Part shown: positions 55,428 through 64,000 of the stretch, piece by piece
Layout of the letters: every line of letters starts with the position of its first letter
Position numbering within the stretch: position 1 is the first letter of the stretch
Assembly (NCBI GenBank): GCA_965226375.1
Contig: CBDDCX010000007.1
Coordinates: 608,001-672,000, forward strand
Length of the DNA stretch: 64,000 nucleotides
DNA from: Longimicrobiales bacterium
Lineage (GTDB): Bacteria > Gemmatimonadota > Gemmatimonadetes > Longimicrobiales > Gaopeijiaceae
Direction: 5' to 3'
The notes under the pieces: generated by a model
Told to the model about the DNA's origin: nothing
Database searches by the model: none
Seen by the model: only the letters and a program-made list of their open reading frames with translations
Translations under genes and position numbers: made by a program

Positions 55428-56858
55428 CTAGCGGATCTGCTGCGGCTGGTCCGGGCTCTCGTCCCACATCTGAGCGCTCGAGATGTTCGGCATGTTCCAG
55501 TCGTTTCCGTTCCAGCCCAGGAAACCGTCGAGCCTGAACGCCCAGAATCCGGTGTTCTCGTCGCTCACAACGATGAGTCCGTCTGCGTTCCGGATGTCTA
55601 CACCCCACGCGCCGTTGTAGATGTTTCCGGTGGTGGCCTGGGACGGGTTCCGGCCTTGGGGGTCGTGTAGCGAGGGGCCCTGCCGCGTGTGGTAGTAGGC
55701 CTCGGTAAAGGGATGCGTGGGATCGGTCATGTTGACGATCTGGAGCCCGTCGTCCTGCGCCGAGATGAAAACGTACGGCCACCGCATCTCATGGTTGTGG
55801 GTCGCGCCCCCGAACTTGGCGATCCAGGCTCCGATCCCGGCTCCCCTGACGATGTTCGGAGTCTGTCCCTCCGATCCCTCAGGCCGCAGGTCGAAGAAAC
55901 GGATCGGTGAGTGCTGGTAGGTGGGCGCGGACATGCCGAGTCCGTAGCGCCCGTCGGGCGTGGGCGTGAAGGTGTGACCGTTCTCCACCCCCGGGATGCC
56001 GGTGACCGAGGTGAGGAGCCGTGGGTTCTCCACGTCGGTAATGTCGAAGACGTGGTATCCCCCGGTGCCGGCGCCGTAGAAGCGATCCTGCGCGGCGTCG
56101 GGCAGGAACCCCAGGTACATGTCGTGCCACTGCTGGACGCGAGTCGGCGAGGGGTTGGGCACGGCAATCGCCGAGACCGGATCCGTGTTGCCCGCCGCGA
56201 CCTGCGCGATGTCGTATACGAATGCGTCCTTCGACTGGGTGGTCGCCAACAGCAGAGACCGGCCGTTGGAGTGCCTGTAGGTGAAGATGTTATGGAAGCC
56301 TCCCGGCAGGTCCGGGAGTCTGAGCTCCGCGACCTTGCGCACGGTGGACGCATCCGGAAGCCCGGTCACGTCGAAGACCATCGCCCCCAAGTCGGAGTCC
56401 GGCCCACCCTGCCCGAACTGGCAGGACACGATCAGGTAGTACCGTCCCTCTGCCTTGGCGTACTTCGGATCGAGACATCCGGAACCGAGATGCAGATCGG
56501 GGTCGTCCATGATGTAACGGTACAGGATCCGGGGATGCTCCTCGTCCTCGATGCTGATCGCATAGAATCCTGACGCGCCGAAGCGCTGCGCGATGTAGAC
56601 GAAAGGCCGATCCAGCTCTTGCTCGATCTCGATGTCGGCGTGGCTGAAGCGCTCGCCCGGGAGAGGAATGTGCGAGACGACCTCGATGTTGGGCGTGCCG
56701 CGCTGGCCCACACGGTAGCCCGTCTCGGGCTGTACACAGGTCGGGTCGCCGAAGCACGTCACTTGCGCTACCGCGCTGGAAGCCGCGGGGCCGACGGCAG
56801 CGATCGCCACCAGGGTGAGCGCATACAGAACCGGCAGGGTTCGCTGGCGCATGATCAC
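55428..56858 (-). CDS. Secreted LVIVD-like beta-propeller, paralog 4
   Basis: 476 aa; same motifs as paralog 1. Confidence 0.8.
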   Translation of the reverse strand: MIMRQRTLPVLYALTLVAIAAVGPAASSAVAQVTCFGDPTCVQPETGYRVGQRGTPNIEVVSHIPLPGERFSHADIEIEQELDRPFVYIAQRFGASGFYAISIEDEEHPRILYRYIMDDPDLHLGSGCLDPKYAKAEGRYYLIVSCQFGQGGPDSDLGAMVFDVTGLPDASTVRKVAELRLPDLPGGFHNIFTYRHSNGRSLLLATTQSKDAFVYDIAQVAAGNTDPVSAIAVPNPSPTRVQQWHDMYLGFLPDAAQDRFYGAGTGGYHVFDITDVENPRLLTSVTGIPGVENGHTFTPTPDGRYGLGMSAPTYQHSPIRFFDLRPEGSEGQTPNIVRGAGIGAWIAKFGGATHNHEMRWPYVFISAQDDGLQIVNMTDPTHPFTEAYYHTRQGPSLHDPQGRNPSQATTGNIYNGAWGVDIRNADGLIVVSDENTGFWAFRLDGFLGWNGNDWNMPNISSAQMWDESPDQPQQIR

Positions 56859-57114
56859 TCCTCCGTACTCGAAGCCTTCAATGGATGCGTTCCGGCGGGT
56901 GATGGGTTAGAACAGGGCCGCAAAATACGCCCAGTTTACGTAGGGCCACAAGATGGCCCCACCTCGCGTGTATGGACATGGAAGTCAACGAAGCTCGGGG
57001 CGGGAACACTACCGATCTCGATGGTCTGTGCCACCTCCCCGGCGAGCGCCTCAGCCCACGAGCCCCCGCCGCGACGATCCGCCCGCTGAACACGCGGCCC
57101 CGAACGAGGCTCTC

Positions 57115-58542
57115 CTAGCGGATCTGCTGCGGCTGGTCCGGGCTCTCGTCCCACATCTGAGCGCTCGAGATGTTCGGCATGTTCCAGTCGTTTCCGTTCC
57201 AGCCCAGGAAACCGTCGAGCCTGAACGCCCAGAATCCGGTATTCTCGTCGCTCACAACGATGAGCCCGTCTGCGTTCCGGATGTCTACACCCCACGCGCC
57301 GTTGTAGATGTTTCCGGTGGTGGCCTGGGACGGGTTCCGGCCTAGGGGGTCGTGTAGCAAGGGGCCCTGCCGCGTGTGGTAGTAGGCCTCGGTAAAGGGA
57401 TGCGTGGGATCGGTCATGTTGACGATCTGGAGCCCGTCGTCCTGCGCCGAGATGAAAACGTACGGCCACCGCATCTCATGGTTGTGGGTCGCGCCCCCGA
57501 ACTTGGCGATCCAGGCTCCGATCCCGGCTCCCCTGACGATGTTCGGAGTCTGTCCCTCCGATCCCTCAGGCCGCAGGTCGAAGAAACGGATCGGTGAGTG
57601 CTGGTAGGTGGGCTCGGGCATGCCGAGTCCGTAACGCCCGTCGGGCGTGGGCGTGAAGGTGTGTCCGTTCTCGACCCCCGGGATGCCGGTGACCGAGGTG
57701 AGGAGCCGCGGGTTCTCCACGTCCGTCATGTCGAAGACGTGGAAGCCCCCGGTACCGGCGCCGTAGAACCGATCCTGCCCGGCGTCTGGGAGGAACCCGA
57801 CGTACATGTCGTGCCACTGACGGCTGCGAGTCGCCGAGGGCTCGGGTACCGCGATCGCCGAGACCGGATCCAAATTGCCCGCCGCGAGCTGCGCGATGTC
57901 GTATATGAAAGCGTCCTTCGACTGGGTGGTCGCCAACAGAAGAGACCGGCCGTTGCTGTGTCTGTACGTGAAGATGTTGTGAAAGCCACCCGGCATGTCA
58001 GGGAGTCGCAGGTCCGCGACCTTGCGCACCGTCGACGCATCCGGAAGCCCGGTCACGTCGAAGACCATCGCCCCCAAGTCGGAGTCCGGCCCACCCTGCC
58101 CGAACTGGCAGGCCACGATCAGGTAGTACCGTCCCTCTGCCTTGGCGTACTTCGGATCGAGACATCCGGAACCGAGATGCAGATCGGGGTCGTCCACGAT
58201 GTAACGGTACAGGACCCGGGGATGCTCCTCGTCCTCGATGCTGATCGCATAGAATCCTGACGCGCCGAAGCGCTGCGCGATGTAGACGAAGGGCCGATCC
58301 ATCTCCTGCTCGATCTCGATGTCGGCGTGGCTGAAGCGCTGCCCGGGCAGAGGAATGTGCGAGACCACTTCGATGTTGGGCGTACCGCGGCGACCTACTG
58401 GGTAGCCTGTCTCCGGCTGAATGCAGGTCGGGTCGCCGAAGCACGTCACTTGCGCTACCGCGCTGGAAGCCGCGAGTCCGACGGCCATCGCCGCCAGGGT
58501 GAGCGCATACAGAACCGGCAGGGTTCGCTGACGCATGATCAC
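57115..58542 (-). CDS. Secreted LVIVD-like beta-propeller, paralog 5 (mosaic)
   Basis: 5' third identical to paralog 1; 3' ~490 bp nearly identical to paralog 4. Confidence 0.8.
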   Translation of the reverse strand: MIMRQRTLPVLYALTLAAMAVGLAASSAVAQVTCFGDPTCIQPETGYPVGRRGTPNIEVVSHIPLPGQRFSHADIEIEQEMDRPFVYIAQRFGASGFYAISIEDEEHPRVLYRYIVDDPDLHLGSGCLDPKYAKAEGRYYLIVACQFGQGGPDSDLGAMVFDVTGLPDASTVRKVADLRLPDMPGGFHNIFTYRHSNGRSLLLATTQSKDAFIYDIAQLAAGNLDPVSAIAVPEPSATRSRQWHDMYVGFLPDAGQDRFYGAGTGGFHVFDMTDVENPRLLTSVTGIPGVENGHTFTPTPDGRYGLGMPEPTYQHSPIRFFDLRPEGSEGQTPNIVRGAGIGAWIAKFGGATHNHEMRWPYVFISAQDDGLQIVNMTDPTHPFTEAYYHTRQGPLLHDPLGRNPSQATTGNIYNGAWGVDIRNADGLIVVSDENTGFWAFRLDGFLGWNGNDWNMPNISSAQMWDESPDQPQQIR

Positions 58543-58847
58543 TCCTCCGTGCTTGAAGTCTTCAGGATGCGTGCAGGCGGGTGACAGATCGGACATGGCT
58601 GCAAAATGCCCCTAGGTCGCGCCCAACCACAAGGCGAGGCGGCCCTTCGTGGGAAAAGCGAGGTGGCCCTCCCGTGCTCCGCGAGGCCTGGGCCGCTCAT
58701 CCCGACCGCTTCGTCTCCGGTGAGCCAAACCCCAAACCCCTCCCCGAGGCCGTCTGGATCAATCCTCCAAGCCTAACCCTCACTACACAGGAGATTGCTC
58801 TCTAATTGATTCCCCGGAGTGTCTCACAATCGTTGACAGGTTCCGAT
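58139..58847. repeat. 709-bp direct repeat, copy B (includes IS3 tail 58672-58845)
   Basis: Matches 41076-41784. Confidence 0.9.
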
Positions 58848-59307
58848 ACCACTGAACCCAATGCAGACAAATCCTTCGTCACGAGCCCTGAGCGCCAAAG
58901 GATCATCATCTCCGATATGAACCACCCAAAGAGTGGCTCTATCCTCGAAGGTGGTCTTGTCATTCATACGGTGTTTCCTGACGGGGGGTAGGCGGTGGCC
59001 TCAAGCCGTTGTCTCGGAGCGTGGAGACAAACCGCAGGAACTCCTTCGCCGTCGGTGGGTGCATTCGAGGCCCTTACGAATCCAGGGGAATCATGGAGCC
59101 TAACGCGTAACGAGCAGGCAACCTGCGCTCGCCAGAGCACATGTGCCGCTTGCCCGAACCTATCGGCGGTGCTCCTCACCCTGAATCTAGTCCATCAGGA
59201 GCGCAAGCCTTCAAGCTTCGGCTCGGATCGCGATCCGTGAGCCTGAGGAGCGGGCGTCCACTCTATCGGCCTGCCGATGCAGCTCTGCCTGGTCCCGACA
59301 GGTTCCG

Positions 59308-59824
59308 CTACCGATTTCTGGAACACGGCATCGGATACCAGTTCGAATCTGACGAAATAGTGAGGGTCGACTCTGAGTTTCTCCACCAAGAGGCCGTGAG
59401 GCCAGCGTTGCAGATTCTCGGTGAGAAGCACTACGCAGGTGCGAACGCAGAATTCCGGAAGGCCCACGATCATTACCGCCACCAGCGGTACGGCGAGACG
59501 GTCAACGAATGCCTGAAGGCGTTAGAGAGCACCTTGAAGGTCATCTGCAAGAAGAGACAGTGGTTTTTCCAAGAGACGGTTACGGTACAGCCACTTCTCC
59601 AGATTGTCTTCGAACAGGAACTCGTTCCTAACTACCTGCAGAGCAAGTTCTCTGGTTTGCGGTCCATACTGGAAAGTGGCGTCCCGGCCATCCGAAACCG
59701 GGAAGGCGGTCATGGGGCCGGAACGGAACCCCGCAGCATCCCCCAGCACCTTGCGGCCTACGTCCTGCACCTGACAGCGTCGGCCATCGTCTTCCTATCG
59801 CAATGCGATGAGACGCTGAGGTAG
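59308..59824 (+). pseudogene. STM4504/CBY_0614-like (AbiJ-type) HEPN protein, C-terminal part
   Basis: RFLEHGIGYQFE, HQEAVRPAL, CLKALESTLKVIC, RNREGGHG HEPN-like motif; begins right after an IS3-end stub. Confidence 0.7.
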
Positions 59825-60315
59825 AATCAGACTCCCGATCCCCTCGGAGATCGTCGAGGGGATCGGTCCCCCGGCCTGGGAGGCGTCACCCGTACCCGCG
59901 GCCGTGCAGGAACCGCTGGGCCAAGGGCTTCGCCCATTCGACCGCCTCGGGTCCGTGGTCGCCGTCGGCGCATTCCCGGAGGTAGGCAAGCGTCTGCGGG
60001 CTTCGCAGCATCTCGCCCAGCACAAGCCGCAGCCACGGGCTGTCGTGCGTCTCCAAGTACGCCTCGACCGCCTCCCACTTCCGCTCGTCCTCGCCTCCGC
60101 ATCGCTCCATCATCGTCTCGCCTACGTGAGTCGGGTTAGAATCGCGTATACGGCCCCTCGGGCCTCCCGATGGCCTTCCGTCCCGGTTCCGAGAGAAAAA
60201 GCTGGAGGGACGGCCCGGATCCTGAAACGTACACTCTCGATACCCTCTCTGCCAACTTAGGTGAGACACGGAGCACGCAAAGAATTAGAGTAGGGCGAAG
60301 GCAGAGAAAACGAAC

Positions 60316-60765
60316 ATGTTGGGACTGCGAGAGAGAATGGCAGAGAATGGTAGTGCCCCTGGAACCGGGGAGGCCAAGCGAAGCGCGGCAGCTCCTGCGG
60401 ACCCGGAGGTAGTAGATAGGCCGCTACGGCGGCGGTTCAGTCCGTCGTACAAGCTGCGGATCGTCGAAGAAGCGGACCGGTGCACCGAGCCCGGCGAGGT
60501 GGGTCAAGTCCTGCGGCGAGAGGGCCTGTACTCGTCGCACCTGACGACGTGGCGCAAGGCGGCGCATAGCGGGTCGCTGAAGGCCCTGTCGAAGAAACGC
60601 GGCCGCAAGCCGGAGCGAAATCCGCTGGATGAGAAGGTACGCAAGCTGGAGCGGCGAAACGCACGGCTCGGGAATGAGCTCAGGAAGGCACACCTGATCA
60701 TCGACGTGCAGGGAAAAGTTGCGGGGCTGCTGGGGATAAGCCTCGACGACGGGACAAACTCTTGA
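60316..60765 (+). CDS. IS3 transposase OrfA
   Basis: Homolog of 33024-33473. Confidence 0.88.
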   Translation: MLGLRERMAENGSAPGTGEAKRSAAAPADPEVVDRPLRRRFSPSYKLRIVEEADRCTEPGEVGQVLRREGLYSSHLTTWRKAAHSGSLKALSKKRGRKPERNPLDEKVRKLERRNARLGNELRKAHLIIDVQGKVAGLLGISLDDGTNS

Positions 60766-61769
60766 AGGCGGCCGATGAGCTGGCTAAGCACGTCGGTGTA
60801 AAACCGGCGTGCGCGGCCCTCGAGGTCTCCCGATCGACGTTGTACCGTCGTCGAGGCCCATCAACCGGGCAACAGCAGCCCCGCCCGACGCCCGCCCGGG
60901 CATTGAGCGAGACGGAACGAGGCGAGGTCTTCGACACGCTGTGTTCGGAGCGGTTCGTGGACCGCTCACCCGCCGAGGTGGTGGCCACGCTGCTCGACGA
61001 AGAGGTCTACCTGTGCAGCGAACGCACGATGTATCGTGTTCTGGCCTCCGAGGTGCCGGTTCAGGAACGCCGGGCGCAGCGCACCCATCCCGAGTACAAG
61101 AAGCCCGAGTTGATGGCCACGGCGCCGAACCAGGTGTGGTCCTGGGATATCACGCGGCTGCTCGGGCCGAAGAAGTGGAGCTATTACTACCTCTATGTCA
61201 TCATGGACATCTACAGCCGCTACGTCGTGGGCTGGATGGTGGCGGACCGGGAGAACTCGGCCCTGGCCGGCCGGTTGATCCAGCAGAGCTGCCTGAAGCA
61301 TGGCGTCCAGCCCCGGGTCCTGACCCTGCACTCGGATCGGGGAGCTCCAATGACGAGCCAATGCACCGCTCAACTTCTCGCTGACCTCGGCGTGACCCGC
61401 TCGTTGAGCCGGCCTCAGGTGTCGGATGACAACCCGTTTTCCGAGGCTCAGTTCAAAACCTTGAAGTACCATCCCTCGTTTCCCGGACGGTTCGGGGATC
61501 AGGGCCAAGCCAAGACGTTCTGTCGATCGTTCTTCCGCTGGTACAATGCCGAGCACCGCCATGGCGGCATCTCGATGCTAACCCCCGAGCAGGTCCACTT
61601 CGGGAACGCCGATCAGGTCATTGCCGGCAGGAAATCCGTGCTCCGCGAAGCATGGGCCGCTCATCCCGAACGCTTCGTCAGAGGTGTGCCGAAGCCCAAA
61701 CCGCTCCCGGAGGCCGTCTTCATCAATCCTCCCATCCCTTCCCTCACCACACAGGACATTGCTCTCTAA
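60762..61769 (+). CDS. IS3 transposase OrfB
   Basis: Homolog of 33470-34477; DDE motifs. Confidence 0.92.
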   Translation: MKAADELAKHVGVKPACAALEVSRSTLYRRRGPSTGQQQPRPTPARALSETERGEVFDTLCSERFVDRSPAEVVATLLDEEVYLCSERTMYRVLASEVPVQERRAQRTHPEYKKPELMATAPNQVWSWDITRLLGPKKWSYYYLYVIMDIYSRYVVGWMVADRENSALAGRLIQQSCLKHGVQPRVLTLHSDRGAPMTSQCTAQLLADLGVTRSLSRPQVSDDNPFSEAQFKTLKYHPSFPGRFGDQGQAKTFCRSFFRWYNAEHRHGGISMLTPEQVHFGNADQVIAGRKSVLREAWAAHPERFVRGVPKPKPLPEAVFINPPIPSLTTQDIAL

Positions 61770-61809
61770 TTAATCCCGTAGAGTGTCCCATTGTCGTTGA
61801 CAGGTTCCG

Positions 61810-62158
61810 GAACGAGGCCGTCGCACTACTCCGAGATGAGCTCAAATCGGGATCGAAGTCAGTGCAATCACTACAGGCTACAGCGCGTTCGGCGGGAGTC
61901 AGTTGGCGCACGCTGGAGCGTGCCAAAGCATCACTCAGTGTGAAGTCCGTGAAGCGTGGCTTCGACGATGGGGGATGGGTCTGGCAACTGCCGGATGAAG
62001 ACCGCCAAGTATTGTGGCGCTCTTCGAAGAATCAGGAGGCGGCGGTCTTCGACCAAAGCGCGGGGTTAAGCCAACAACCGGGTGCTGACGACCACGAAGA
62101 CCGCCAAACCGAGTCCCTGGCGGACTTGGCGGCGACGGAATCAAGCTCTGGATGCTGA
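61810..62158 (+). pseudogene. C-terminal wHTH of a phage/satellite AAA replication protein
   Basis: EAVALLRDEL..AGVSWRTLERAKASLSVKSVKRGFDDGGWVWQLP. Confidence 0.5.
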
Positions 62159-62314
62159 CGAAACGGGTGGATTTCGTCATGGCAGTCAGGGATCTGACCG
62201 CCTAATGGGTAATTAGTAGGTCGTGAGGTAATGCCCGTGACATAAGGGCTCTCGGACCTAGTGTGTCAGATGTGTGCACAAATCCGCATGCAATCGGAGA
62301 AACGAGGAGGAGCT

Positions 62315-63283
62315 GTGAGCGCTCGAGGACAGATCATCGACAAGGGCCGAAATCGCTGGATGGTGCGGGCTCCTCTCGGCCGCGAGCCCGGGACGGGCAA
62401 GCGGCTCTATCACTCGCGCACCGTTCACGGCACGAAGCGCGATGCCCAGCAGTACCTCACTAGGGTGTTACGTGAGCTCGACGATGGGACACATGTCGAA
62501 CAGAGTCGAGTCACGGTGGGTGAATGCCTAACAGAATGGCTCGAGATGGTGGCCCAGCCTCGCGTGTCCGCTCGCACGCTCGAGGACTACCGCGGAAACC
62601 TCCGGCGCTACATCCTCCCTCTCCTTGGCAAGCGCCGTCTCCAGGCGCTCCGTCCCTTCGAGATCCAGCAGGCTTACGCCGGGATGCTCCAGCGTGGTCT
62701 GTCTGCCCGGACGGTGAAGGCCACGCACGCGCCCTTGCGATCTGCGCTCGAGAACGCCGTCAAATGGCGACTGATCTCGCACAACCCGGCCAAGCTCGTC
62801 GATCTTCCCAAGCAATCGCGATCTGAGCGTCCAGTGTTCAGCGCTGAGGAGGCCAAAGTCTTCTTAGAGCAGGCGCAGAGCGACCGATTCAACACACTCT
62901 GGGTCGTGCTCCTCACGACCGGGCTCCGGACGGGCGAGGCACTCGGACTCAAGTGGGACGACTTGGAGGGAGATCGGCTGCGAATCCGCCGTTCGTTGAC
63001 AAGGACCGCCAACGGAGGATGGGAACTCACCGAGCCCAAGACCCCACAGAGCCGTCGCTCAGTGACCCTACCGACGTCGGCAGTGGCGTCGCTGGCGGGT
63101 CACCGTTCGGGTCAGGCCCGCGACAAGCTGAGACTCGGCCCCGGATACCAGGATCATGACTTGATCTTCTGCACGTCACACGGTACGCCGCTCGACATGC
63201 CAGGCATCACGCGTCGTCATTTCTATCCGCTGCTCGAGGCCGCCGGCCTTCCACGAATCCGCGTGTACGATCTGCGGCATACG
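62315..63283 (+). pseudogene. Tyrosine integrase (phage/ICE type) interrupted by IS256
   Basis: HGTKRDAQ arm, SAM-like domain, TTGLRTGEALGLKW, EPKT, YDLRHT then IS. Confidence 0.88.
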
Positions 63284-64000
63284 GGTAGTGTCCCTAGATT
63301 TGTGTAAAAGCGGATAAGCTGGACAGGAGGGAAAGAAAAACGGAAGCTCCTCTGTTGTTGTTCACTGTCACATGAACCCGGGAGGCCGGGTCTGCAGAGC
63401 AGGCTCGGAACCGGAGAGGAGCTTCCGATGCAAGAGATTGTGGAGATCGGTCGGGCCACGCAAGACGAGCTACGCGATGATTTGCGCGAGCTGTTTCAAG
63501 GCGCGATCCGGCTGACGCTCGAGATGGTGCTGGAAGAGGAGCTGAAGGCTATGGTAGGTGCACGCCGCTTCGAGCGGGTGGGAAGCCGGAAGGACCATAG
63601 GAACGGCACATACCTGAGGCGGCTGCTGACGAGCCTGGGACAGATCGAGGTCGCCATGCCCCGGAGCCGGGACAACGGTTCGCCGGCCGACGTGATCGGC
63701 CGCTACCAGCGCAGGAGCCCCGAGCTCGACGAGATGATGGTCGAGGCGTATGTGAGCGGCGTGTCACAGCGCAAGATGGGCGACGTCACCGAGGCGCTGA
63801 TGGGCGAGCGTGTCGGGCGCTCGACGGTGAGTCGTGTGGCAAAACGGCTCGACGAGGCCGTGGAAGGGCTGCGCCGTGCGCCGATCGAGGGGCCTCACCC
63901 CTATCTGTACCTGGACGCCACGTTCTTGGACGCCCGCTGGGCCCGCAAAGTCGAGAACGTGAGTGCGCTCGTGGCGTATGCAGTGGGCCCTGAGGGTCAC
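63284..64000 (+). mobile_element. IS256-family element (runs off the window); transposase from 63428
   Basis: GGTAGTGTC left end; MQEIVEIGRATQDELR.. homologous to the 18164 ORF; leader stem 63341-63427. Confidence 0.9.

Larger units (their letters stand above)
60243..61809 (+). mobile_element. IS3-family element (copy 2, diverged isoform)
   Basis: Same ends and orfA/orfB as copy 1. Confidence 0.9.

Noticed and set aside
56940..57070. APSFVDFHVH amidohydrolase-like fragment between paralogs 4 and 5
   Set aside because: Single motif with no start or further homology.
40049..58542. Diversity-generating retroelement as the source of propeller variation
   Set aside because: No reverse transcriptase in the window, and the differences are not adenine-specific or confined to a short VR.
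59095..59200. GCCTAAC as a possible attC R'' box
   Set aside because: No matching GTTRRRY box or stem at a suitable distance.

Overview
High-GC accessory region that is heavily rearranged by IS elements. A SusC/SusD pair, LVIVD-like propellers and an MSDPVTRLN leader suggest a Gemmatimonadota-like host (inference). Left to right: (1) a frameshifted lipoprotein gene and a small integron-type cassette array with attC sites, with an IS110 fragment next to an attC remnant; (2) a type I RM operon (hsdM, hsdS, broken hsdR); (3) a 5'-truncated giant FN3/Calx-beta/autotransporter adhesin gene split by IS256 (9-bp TSD); (4) a compact integrative element with Cro-AlpA, virB2-3-4-9-10-5-6-8, an unknown wHTH-like gene and a P4-type integrase, but no virB11, virD4 or canonical relaxase; (5) an Mrr-like gene cut by IS3; (6) an oxalate-type operon (ThDP enzyme, frc, ADP-forming CoA ligase); (7) five secreted His-rich LVIVD-like paralogs with mosaic sequence, interleaved with an amidohydrolase, GGT and SusC/SusD, about 17 kb of it bounded by a 709-bp direct repeat; (8) a HEPN/Abi remnant, a second IS3, and a second integrase cut by IS256. 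I found no rRNA, tRNA or CRISPR array. Family calls come from motif recognition by eye; no searches were run.
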